From Candidatus Versatilivorator sp. (GTDB taxonomy: Bacteria > Acidobacteriota > Terriglobia > Versatilivoradales > Versatilivoraceae), in NCBI GenBank assembly GCA_965207735.1, contig OZ242296.1, positions 4,192,001-4,256,000 of the forward strand: 64,000 bases of DNA, read 5' to 3'. The translations under genes were made by a program, and so were the position numbers. Under the pieces are notes generated by a model. That model saw nothing but the letters and a program-made list of their open reading frames with translations, was not told the DNA's origin and ran no database searches. This document shows positions 40,710 through 49,462 of this stretch, piece after piece (position 1 is the stretch's first letter; each line of letters opens with the position of its first letter).

Positions 40710-41936
40710 ATGGATACTGTAACGGACTTCGCTCCGTTCCGACCCAAGACCAAACCCACCGGTTGCCACCCCAGCAACGCCCTCTCGGCCGCCTTCCTGC
40801 GCTCCGCTCCGCCCGGAAGATACGCCGATGGAAATGGATTGTACCTCTTCGTCCAGCCCAGCGGAACCCGCAGTTGGATTCAACGCCTCGTCGTCCGTGG
40901 CCGTCGCCGGGAGCTCGGTCTCGGCAGCCTTGCCCTGGTTTCCCTGGCCGAGGCCAGGGAGAAGGCCCTGGCCAACCGCAAGCTGGCCCGTGAGGGCGGA
41001 GATCCTCTTGCCGAGAAGCGACGCACCGAGGGTATCCCCACCTTCGCCGAAGCCGCCTCGCGTGTGCTGGAACAGAAGCGGGACGGATGGCGAGGCCGGC
41101 GTCACCACCGCGAGTGGATGTCCAGCCTGAGGCGGTTCGCCTTCCCGCGCATCGGCAAGATGCCGGTCTCCGAGGTCACCAGCGCCGATCTGCTTGAGAT
41201 CCTCACCCCCATCTGGCACCGGAAGGCCTCCAGCGCCCGGCGGGTGCGCCAGCGCCTGCGGGCGGTCCTGGAATGGGCCGTAGCCATGGAGTACAGGATG
41301 GACAACCCCTGCGACCGGATCGGCCCGGTCCTGGGTCCCCAGCAGGACGTTACCGAGCACATGCGGGCCTTGCCGCATCGGGAGGTGGCCGCGGCCATCC
41401 GGACGGTGCAGGCATCGACGGCAGAGGAGGTGGCCAAGCTGGCCTTCGAGTTTCTGGTGCTGACGGCGGCCAGGTGGAGCGAGGTGCGCTGGGCCGAGTG
41501 GGAGGAGATCGATCGGGACGCTGGTGTATGGACCGTCCCGGCCAGTCGGATGAAGGCCAACCGGAAGCACCGGGTGCCGCTGTGTGGACGTGTCCTGGAG
41601 ATTCTCGAGGCGGCACGGACCCTGGGCAAAGGAGCCGGTCCTCTGGTGTTCACCCGTGGGCAGGGGAAGCCGCTCAGTGACAAGGAGCTGCGGTGGCTGG
41701 TCCGCGAGCAGGGGATTGCAGCCGTGCCGCACGGGTTCAGGTCCAGCTTCCGGGACTGGGCGGCCGAGGAGACCGACCATCCCCGGGAGGTGTTCGAGGC
41801 GGCCCTGGCGCATGTGGTCCGGAACTGGGTCGAGGCGGCCTATACCCGCTCCGACCTGTTCGAGCGCCGGCGTGTCCTGATGGACGACTGGGCGCGTTAC
41901 CTGGACCAAGGGCCGGGAGAGGATCTGGAGGTCTGA
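40710..41936 (+). CDS. P4-like tyrosine integrase 1 (arm-binding domain)
   Basis: YADGNGLYLFVQPSGTRSW...RELGLG; LTAARWSE, HGFRSSFRDW, ALAH and EAAYTRSD (R-H-R-H-Y set). Confidence 0.93.
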   Translation: MDTVTDFAPFRPKTKPTGCHPSNALSAAFLRSAPPGRYADGNGLYLFVQPSGTRSWIQRLVVRGRRRELGLGSLALVSLAEAREKALANRKLAREGGDPLAEKRRTEGIPTFAEAASRVLEQKRDGWRGRRHHREWMSSLRRFAFPRIGKMPVSEVTSADLLEILTPIWHRKASSARRVRQRLRAVLEWAVAMEYRMDNPCDRIGPVLGPQQDVTEHMRALPHREVAAAIRTVQASTAEEVAKLAFEFLVLTAARWSEVRWAEWEEIDRDAGVWTVPASRMKANRKHRVPLCGRVLEILEAARTLGKGAGPLVFTRGQGKPLSDKELRWLVREQGIAAVPHGFRSSFRDWAAEETDHPREVFEAALAHVVRNWVEAAYTRSDLFERRRVLMDDWARYLDQGPGEDLEV

Positions 41937-42086
41937 GTGTAGTTAGGCCCAAGGGATCGGTGGCGTGAACCAAGTCAAGCAGGGGAACTTCTCCCAAAGC
42001 GCGCCAGGGATCGAGCCACACCCGAAGGCCCACGGCCGTCAAGGCCAGGTTGACGAGAATGACTTGGCTCCAGGTCTTCATTTCGC

Positions 42087-42501
42087 CCTTCCCGAAGGGA
42101 TCACTGTGGTGAGAGCGACCTCCCCGCAAGGGGGGCAAAGGGTGTCCCGACCCCTGTCCCCCTTTGCCCTCCCCCGTGGCGCACCAGCGGCCGAAATAGG
42201 GGGGTCGCTCTCACCACTTTCTCCCCTCTCGTGCGGCGCGCCGCCGCGACGGGAGGGAGGGGGACGCGCGAGGCGCAGCCTCGCTTCGCTTTTTCGCAGC
42301 GGACGCGGGAAATCCGTCCTATCCCGCGTCTGATGCGGCGTTTCGGGAAAGTCCCACACCACAACGGCAGGGCTCCGCCCTCTGAGAGAGAGGCGTTGTG
42401 CATATCAAGATCATGTCCCCCTTAGATGTCCTCCCCCCCGTCTAAAAGGGGGACACCCATCTGACGGCATCTGCTTGACCCCCAGAGGCGGAAATCTTCG
42501 G
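42087..42501 (+). repeat. Integrase-associated folded non-coding element, copy 1
   Basis: 15-bp stem 42106-42120/42203-42217 with nested hairpins; homologous to 46840-47254 and, inverted, to 59374-59804. Confidence 0.85.
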
Positions 42502-43159
42502 TCATTCCACGGTCATCGAGTGAGCCCGTTTCTTGCTCCGTTTGGTGGACTTTCTTTGCGGCGGCATCGAAACCGCCATGGCGTTCAAGTGTCTCCCAAT
42601 CGGTGTTAGCGATGGCCTGGCGCAGCCCCGCCGCTTCTGTCTTGGCCGCTGCCGGGTCTCGGGTTGTCCAGGCCTGGAGAACCCGCTGGGTGCGGTCGAG
42701 ATGTTGCTGGTCGCACTTATCGGTTCGACCGTCTCAATTCTCGAGCGCCTCAGATCTTCCTTTGACGAGCCGCACATTCTGATCGTCCCGCTTGCAGGCA
42801 GTAATGCACGATAAAGTGGTTTATCGGGAACTGTTCCAGAGGCCTTGAGGACAGGCGCCAAGGCGTCCTTGAGGTCTCTGTGTACATTCAGGGTTCTTGT
42901 CAATCTTGTCAATCAAAAGAGGAGGGGGAGGGGGTAGGGCTAATTTTAGCCTTTTATTGTACAAATAGAGATGTTTTGAGCCTGAAGTGGTGTAGGTGTA
43001 AATTGTTGTATAATACGCACGTTGCAGAGATATTAGAAAATAAATCCCGTTGTTTGCGTATTTGTGCAATAATTGCTCCAACTTGTTGGCAACGTGTCCC
43101 AAACACGTCAAAAACGTGTAGAACTTACGCCCAAGGGATCCGGATTCTGAGGTCTTCTG

Positions 43160-43342
43160 ATGACTCAAGATCAATTCAGCACTATCCTCGCACGCCTCGA
43201 CGGCATGGAAGAACAGAACAATCGTGACCATGCTGCTATGGGAGAGCGTATAGGCGACCTGGAAAAGAAAATCGACAGCTACCACGCCAATATTCATGAT
43301 GACGTGGCCGAAGTTCTCGCTATCCTGAAGTCGGACGTGTAG
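43160..43342 (+). CDS. Small hypothetical coiled-coil protein
   Basis: GAGG RBS; MTQDQFSTILARLDGMEEQ heptad-like pattern; AT-rich upstream region. Confidence 0.5.
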   Translation: MTQDQFSTILARLDGMEEQNNRDHAAMGERIGDLEKKIDSYHANIHDDVAEVLAILKSDV

Positions 43343-43355
43343 CCCCTTCCTCCCC

Positions 43356-43795
43356 ATAATCTTGTCAACTCTGACCCTTCTAGCGCTGGTCTTGGCGCTG
43401 TCCTCACCAGCTACCTCCTAGGATCTCCTGGTGCCGGCTGAAGTCGTTGACGTCTATGACGGCGATACATTCGTCGCTGACGCCAAGCCATGGCCAGGAG
43501 TCACCATGCGTGTATCGGTCCGGCTCGCTGGCGTGGACACCCCGGAAATGAACGGCAAATGTGAAGATGAGAAGCAGAGAGCCAGGGAAGCCAAGAGCCT
43601 GTTGAAATCGCTCCGTGGCGGCCGCGGTGGCAAGGTTACACTGAAGGGGCCGAAGCGTGGAAAGTATGCTGGCCGAGTGGTTTCACGAGTGATCGTCCGA
43701 GGCGGTCACGATGCCACCACCAGAATGATCAAATCAAATCAGGCTATGGCCGTCCTTATGATGGCGGGAAGCGGAAGGGTTGGTGTAGTGATTAG
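43356..43795 (+). pseudogene. Secreted thermonuclease (SNase) pseudogene
   Basis: VYDGDTF, VRLAGVDTPE and KYAGRV; in-frame TAG at 43419 cuts off the signal peptide; a duplicated AAATC near 43731 shifts the C-terminal YGRPYDGGKRKGWC out of frame. Confidence 0.8.
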
Positions 43796-44002
43796 TAATC
43801 CTGAGCGCGTTTAGGGTTCTTTACGACTTTCCGAGCAGGGCTTTGGCCAGCTCAATCAGGTCGGCGGCGATCGACCCGACAGCCCAAATGATAACGTAGA
43901 GAGCGCCTGCGGAGAAGGACAGCGAAAAGGACTAGGCGAGAAGCGTCTGCAGGGAATTAGGCAACAACTAGGTTCTGTTCACTCCGCCTCGGTGCATCCC
44001 GA

Positions 44003-44209
44003 TCAGACATAAGGGTTCGCTGGTTTCTCGTAGTATTGCAAAGCTGCGGGGGCGAAGTTTTCGTGCTTCAGTTCTTTCCCCGCCCACCACGAGCAGTGCA
44101 GCAGTTCGCCGTAACCCTCGCCTACATTTGAGGATCTCTCCACCGTCATTGGAGGACCGCCTGACTTCAGTTGAACCACGTCTCCGGGCTTGAATTGTGT
44201 ATCACCCAT
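44003..44209 (-). CDS. YodC/DUF2158 family protein
   Basis: FKPGDVVQLKSGGPPMTV...CSWW...F; GGAGG RBS. Confidence 0.85.
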   Translation of the reverse strand: MGDTQFKPGDVVQLKSGGPPMTVERSSNVGEGYGELLHCSWWAGKELKHENFAPAALQYYEKPANPYV

Positions 44210-44213
44210 CTCA

Positions 44214-44546
44214 TTAGACCTCCTCCCATTCCTCGGTTGAATCCAGATCTTTGGTTTGTTCAGGAAGCGGCTCTTGGCCAGTGTCGCCAACGCCTGCAAG
44301 GCGCTCAGCGATCACGCTACATTCCCTCTTGAATCCTCTCTCGAAGTACTCAGGCGGCTGAACTTTCCCAGACGTTCCTTGGTCTGCCCTCCTTTCGGTT
44401 ACTGATCGAATGATCTTAAGATTGGCATCATTGAACAAACGACGGGATATTAGGAGCAAGAAAGCGCGATGCGCCTGTATTCTTCCCTGGAGGTCTTCCA
44501 ACGCCTCCTTGTGATTGTCGAGAACGTGGTTTTTGATCTGATCCAT
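44214..44546 (-). CDS. Hypothetical protein
   Basis: ATG at 44546 after GGAG; stop lies 4 nt before the YodC start. Confidence 0.5.
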   Translation of the reverse strand: MDQIKNHVLDNHKEALEDLQGRIQAHRAFLLLISRRLFNDANLKIIRSVTERRADQGTSGKVQPPEYFERGFKRECSVIAERLAGVGDTGQEPLPEQTKDLDSTEEWEEV

Positions 44547-44557
44547 GGACTTTTCTC

Positions 44558-44830
44558 CTAGTTTCTTCTTTCTGGTAATCGTGGCTGATCCCCCTCCAAT
44601 TGGCCTATCTTGCTGACGAATGGCAGGGCCTTCGGGAACCTTTCCGCAAAATACTTGTTCGCCCAACCGGGTAGCCAAACCTCATTGAAATACCTTCGAA
44701 AATCAGGGAGGCAATCGACCGGATAGAGACGTGCACGCACAGGCGGACGAGTATCATCAAGAAACTCATGCTCATGGGTAGGGAACTGTTCAGGGTCAAT
44801 ACCCTTAGTCTCCCCTGACGATTAATACTA
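44558..44830 (-). pseudogene. C-terminal fragment of a phage-type hypothetical protein
   Basis: Frame reads ...FPTHEHEFLDDTRPPVRARLYPVDCLPDFRRYFNEVWLP...YF; no intact 5' end. Confidence 0.4.
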
Positions 44831-45172
44831 AGGGTGTGTTTACATTCGAATGTGAACGGTTCTAGAGGCGGCGATATATGAAGCTCATGCACGAACCCGA
44901 ATCAGTCCTGCGGTGCGAAGGCCTCCGACAAACACGGCCGGAGGGACACCTAGTATCCTCAGCAGGAATAACTTCTAGACTATCCAAACTTGTATGATTT
45001 GAGTGTGATAAATTATGCGAGAATCATGAGTATATAGTGACTTACCTTAGAAAAAGGCCAGAACCGTCATTGGGGATGGTACAGTTTCGCGCAACCCCGC
45101 AAACGACTGTTGCATTAATGCGGCTCCTGTCCGGATCAGTTCCCGGCCGGCCCGGAGAAGGAGGATGAACCG

Positions 45173-45315
45173 TTGAACAGCCACGACGAACTACGGCAGG
45201 AGATCGAGGCACTGCGCGCGTGCATCTCCTGGCTGGGCGCGGCCAACCGGCGCATCAGCGAAAGTCCCGCCCTCGAAACCGTCCTGCGCGAGGCGCTCGA
45301 ATGCGCCCGTGCCGT
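45173..45315 (+). pseudogene. N-terminal stub of a hybrid sensor kinase paralog
   Basis: ELRQEIEALRACISWLGAANRRISESPALETVLREALECA aligns with TLKREHEALRHCISKLSAASLRIVASLDLGTVLREAVESA of the 20097 gene; same GGAGGAT..TTG start context. Confidence 0.75.
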
Positions 45316-45379
45316 ACGGGTGCCGCTCCAGCTTCTCGTACTGGGCGGCCGAAGAGACGGACCATCCCCCGGTGCAGAG

Positions 45380-45520
45380 TCCAGAAAGTTCCAGAGATAT
45401 CTACTAAAGTATTGTAAGTAGACCTTTATGAGTCACTTATGGTATATTGGTGTCTATTGATGTCCAGGGTGTTCCCGGACGTTCAGGGTGATCTTAGGGG
45501 TGATCTCACAGGGGGTGATC
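45380..45520. promoter_or_regulatory. att-arm-like region of integrase 2
   Basis: TCYAS at 45380/45390/45400 and related pentamers at 45453/45463/45473; TTTATGAGTCACTTAT at 45425-45440; GGGTGATC three times just before the start. Confidence 0.55.
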
Positions 45521-45522
45521 CG

Positions 45523-46701
45523 GTGACCCGATACCGCAAGAAACTCTCCGCCGCCTTCGTCCGCTCCGTCGAGCAGCCCGGACTCTACTGGGACGAGCAT
45601 GGCTTGATCCTACGGGTCAAACCGTCCGGATACAAGCAATGGATCCAACGGCTCTTCATCCACGGCAAGCGCCGCGAGCTGGGTCTGGGCTCTCTTCGGC
45701 TCGTGACGCTGGCCCAGGCCCGGGAGAGGGCCATCGCCAACCGCAGGCTGGCCCGCTCGGGAGGCAATCCCCTGGCCTCCCGGCGCCACTCCGTCCCGAC
45801 GTTCGAGCAGGCCGCCGCCAAGGTCTACGCCATGTACCGGCCCAACTGGAGAAGCGACCATCATGCCGCCCAGTGGAAAGGCAGCCTGCGCAGCTACGTC
45901 TACCCCAAGCTGGGCCGGATGCGGGTGGACGGGATCACGACGGCCGATGTCATGGCCGTCCTGTCGCCGATCTGGAACACCAGGCAGGCAACGGCCCGGC
46001 GGGTGCGGCAACGGATCGGCACGGTGATGAAGTGGGCCATTGCCCAGGGCTACCGGATGGACAATCCGGCCGGGGAAGCGCTCGGGGCCGCGCTGCCGAA
46101 ACAGGGCGGCATCCCACGCCACTTCAAGGCTCTGCCCTATGGGGAGGTGGCCGGGGCGATCCGGACGGTGCGGCAATCGGAAGCAGACGTGGGGGTCAAG
46201 CTCGGCTTCGAGTTCCTGGTGCTGACGGCGTGCCGGTCGGGGGAGATGCGCGGGGCGCGCTGGGCGGAGATCGACCTGGAGGCGGGAGTGTGGACGGTTC
46301 CCCCGGAACGGATGAAGCACCAGAGAGAGCACCGGGTCCCGTTGTCTGCGGGAGCGCGGAGGATTCTGGCCGAGGCGAGGCGGATCGAGAGATCTTCCGA
46401 TCTGGTGTTTCCGACTCCGGCCGGTGGCCCACTGCCGGACCGCGATCTCAGCACCCTGCTGCGGGAACTGGGAATCGGGGCCGTGCCGCATGGGTTCCGC
46501 TCGTCGTTCCGGGACTGGGCGGGGGAGCGGACCGATGCTCCCCATGCGGTGATGGAGGCGGCGTTGTCGCACGTGGTCCGCAACCAGGTGGAAGCGGCCT
46601 ATGCCCGCTCGGACCTGTTCGAGCGGCGGCGTGTCCTGATGGAACAGTGGGCGGAGTTTCTGGCCCGGGGGACGGAGGAGGACGCGGAGCTCCTTGCGTA
46701 A
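45523..46701 (+). CDS. P4-like tyrosine integrase 2
   Basis: KKLSAAFVRS...GLILRVKPSG...RELGLG; LTACRSGE, HGFRSSFRDW, ALSH and EAAYARSD; paralog of integrase 1. Confidence 0.93.
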   Translation: MTRYRKKLSAAFVRSVEQPGLYWDEHGLILRVKPSGYKQWIQRLFIHGKRRELGLGSLRLVTLAQARERAIANRRLARSGGNPLASRRHSVPTFEQAAAKVYAMYRPNWRSDHHAAQWKGSLRSYVYPKLGRMRVDGITTADVMAVLSPIWNTRQATARRVRQRIGTVMKWAIAQGYRMDNPAGEALGAALPKQGGIPRHFKALPYGEVAGAIRTVRQSEADVGVKLGFEFLVLTACRSGEMRGARWAEIDLEAGVWTVPPERMKHQREHRVPLSAGARRILAEARRIERSSDLVFPTPAGGPLPDRDLSTLLRELGIGAVPHGFRSSFRDWAGERTDAPHAVMEAALSHVVRNQVEAAYARSDLFERRRVLMEQWAEFLARGTEEDAELLA

Positions 46702-46839
46702 AGAGGCCCACGGCATCGGTCGCCCGCACCAGGGCTGGCAGGGCGACCTGCCCCGGACCGGCGAGGGTGAGAGCCAAGCGCGAAGTCCGGAAGCAGTCAA
46801 GACCAGGTTGGGCAGGACAACCCGGGTCCGGGTCTTCAG

Positions 46840-47254
46840 CCTTCCCGCCAGGGATCACTGTGGAGGGAGCGACCCCGAAAAGGGGAGGTTAACCGTGAAC
46901 TGTGAAGTGAAACGGCTAACCCTCCCCGATGCCGCACTAGCGGTCAGAAAGCAGGGTCGCTCCCTCCACCTTCTCCCCTCTCGTGCGGCGCGCCGCCGCG
47001 ACGGGAGGGAGGGGGACGCGCGAGGCGTAGCCTCGCTTCACCTTGTGGCGTCAGACACGGAAAATCCTTGTTGTCCCGTGTCTGATGCGGTGATTGGGGA
47101 GAGTCCTCGACCACGGCGGCGAGGACTCCGTCCTCTGAGAGAAAGGCGTTGTGGGTGTGGAAATCATGAAACGGCCGAGTGAACATCGCTGCGTTGTAGC
47201 CGTTTCACCCATACGACGGCATCTCCTTGACCCCCAGAGGTAACAATCGTCGAT
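46840..47254 (+). repeat. Integrase-associated folded non-coding element, copy 2
   Basis: 16-bp stem 46860-46875/46954-46969; compensatory changes relative to copy 1. Confidence 0.85.
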
Positions 47255-47574
47255 CAGTGCAGGGTCATTGTTTTACGCCGATTGGTCCCCCAACTGGAGG
47301 ACATTCTTAATGGTGACCTCAATGCCACCATGGCGTTTGACGGTGTCCCAATTAGCATCCGCGATGGCCTGGCGAGGGGAGGCCACGGTAACCCCTCATT
47401 ACTCTCATACATTGCTCCCGTTTCTCTGGAAATCGGTCGCGATAATCTTGGATTGCCTCCAGGCATCGAGACCAGCGGTCTCTGAGACGAAAATCGGGGT
47501 TGTGGCCATTTTCAGTGTATTATGGGTATGCTGAGGGCCGGGGAAATACGTACTACGCGGCCTAGCTAGAGGAC

Positions 47575-48771
47575 TTAGGGGGGGCTGTTCGAGTAATAAC
47601 GACCGATGCTCGCTGCCACATGAACACTTGTCGTGTAAGAACGTCCATCGGATCGAAGGCAGTCCGGATCGCGGTCCGGGCCAAAAGCACGTATGCCCGT
47701 TTGCATCCGGGCGGCGAGCTCGTTCCTGATGGTATCAGATAAGTCGTTCCACCAGCTTGGTTTCATGTAGACGTTCTCAAGATGCTCGACCGCCAGCTGG
47801 ATTCCCCTGTTGGCCTTCTCTTCATCCGGCACATCTTGGAACGAGCGCCCGAACAACGCCGCAGGGCCCTTGTGCCCTTCAGTCCAGCCAATTACAAGCA
47901 CGCTTCTGCCATTGAGAACTGTCAAGTTAAGACCCACGTGCTCGTGTGGTGAATCACCGCGGGTGACTATTTGCAGTAGATTGCCAGCAAAGTCATACTC
48001 GGGATGAAATGCTCCACAACCCACGACAGGCAAGACAGCCGAAAAAACCACGCCGACAAATCGATATTCTTCGAATTGCTCCTCGATGAAGATTGTGTCG
48101 TATTGTTTCTTCCACCGCTCGCAGTCAGTCAGACCGCGTTTAGTTCCCTCTTTGTGAAGGTGGATATGCTGCTGCAATTCGCACTGTTCCCAATAGGGCT
48201 TTCCACGGTCGAATTCCCGCATTATATTCACGGTTCGAAGTGCGGCCTTCTTGTTAAATAGTTCATAGGAGATTGCCCGAAAGCCCAACAGGAAACAAGA
48301 CTTTGGAGTGAGCGGGACAGTGTGGCTTTCGACCGGCTGGAACATCGAGTGGTCATGGGTATCACAAAATCCCATGAATGTGGAAGCGCTCCGCACCCCG
48401 ACCTTACTGGGCACAAAGGCGCCATGGTTCCGTAACCGGTCTCGGAATCCTGCTTTAGCGGAAATGACATGGCCGTTTTCGGCTATGGCAGCGAGCCCGC
48501 CACGTCGTTGCACCGTGTGTGATCGAATTATTCTACGCCCGCAGTTTTCAGAACTAGCTTCCGGATGAGAACAGTACCCCCCTTCGAATTCATGGTCCAG
48601 CTGTGACAACTGGTCGTGGAAATTGACGGGCGGTTGAGACTCCCGGTTTCGGTGGCACTGCTTCCATTTTTTGCCGGAGCCGCACCAGCAAGGGGCATTG
48701 CGCGGCATTTTAAGGTGGGGCGTAAGGTCATCTGGTGGAACGAACTGCGCATGGAGGGAAGCGTGAGCCAT
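47575..48771 (-). CDS. SEC-C motif protein with additional Cys/His clusters
   Basis: RNAPCWCGSGKKWKQCH; CSHP...C...IRSHTVQR; FMGFCDTHD. Confidence 0.8.
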   Translation of the reverse strand: MAHASLHAQFVPPDDLTPHLKMPRNAPCWCGSGKKWKQCHRNRESQPPVNFHDQLSQLDHEFEGGYCSHPEASSENCGRRIIRSHTVQRRGGLAAIAENGHVISAKAGFRDRLRNHGAFVPSKVGVRSASTFMGFCDTHDHSMFQPVESHTVPLTPKSCFLLGFRAISYELFNKKAALRTVNIMREFDRGKPYWEQCELQQHIHLHKEGTKRGLTDCERWKKQYDTIFIEEQFEEYRFVGVVFSAVLPVVGCGAFHPEYDFAGNLLQIVTRGDSPHEHVGLNLTVLNGRSVLVIGWTEGHKGPAALFGRSFQDVPDEEKANRGIQLAVEHLENVYMKPSWWNDLSDTIRNELAARMQTGIRAFGPDRDPDCLRSDGRSYTTSVHVAASIGRYYSNSPP

Positions 48772-48919
48772 TTAAGGTGGTAAATCTAATTCTGACCGTC
48801 GACTTCTAAATGGTACGCGGTCAGCTTCTTGAACACAATGAGTCTGCTGGCGGGAACGCAAGCGTCGACGAGGTCGACGGTTATCGCGAAAGCGGTCTCC
48901 TGAGGCATGTCCTGGCGTT

Positions 48920-49066
48920 GGCAGACCTATTCTCCAAGGATGTGCCACTGGAGGATGTGCTGTACTTGGCCGGCCACGCTAACCCTAGGACCACTTTATT
49001 CTATAATTCTATGATCGCTGACGGTGGAGCGTTACCCTAAATGTTGTGGAGAGATTTTCCGTGTGA
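48920..49066 (+). pseudogene. C-terminal remnant of a XerC/D-type tyrosine recombinase
   Basis: DLFSKDVPLEDVLYLAGHANPRTTLFY, then a frameshifted VTLNVVERFSV*. Confidence 0.7.
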
Positions 49067-49462
49067 GCACTCGCTCAATCCTTCCGGAGGGACTGCCGAT
49101 TGGCCAAAAAGAAAGAGTCAGAAAGGGCGCTCAACCAAACATCGCCCGTAGGGGCACTGCCGGCAACGACCACTCATGACAACGGCCAGCGTTGGCGACC
49201 GCATCGCGTCCAGGTTCTCTGAAACGATTCCCTCCTGGTCAAAATCGGTCACTGCCTCGATAATGACCACCGTAACGTCACCGGTGTGGTCGGTCCGGTT
49301 GCGGCCCTTTTTAATAGCTGTGGGTACGACGGAACGTCCATCTAGACCTCAGCCTCATCCTGGAGCCAGGCTCCCCCGTTCCAACTGGGGATTCGCGGCG
49401 ATCCGAGCCATCCCAGTGCTAGATTACAGCGCCGTCACCTACTCACGAAGGTTCGGACCAGA

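Noticed and set aside
42087-47254. Folded element as a CRISPR array, classical integron attC, tRNA or simple terminator
   Set aside because: No repeat-spacer periodicity, far longer than attC with no clear RYYYAAC/GTTRRRY ends, no cloverleaf or T-loop, no U-tract; the integrases are arm-binding P4 type, not IntI.
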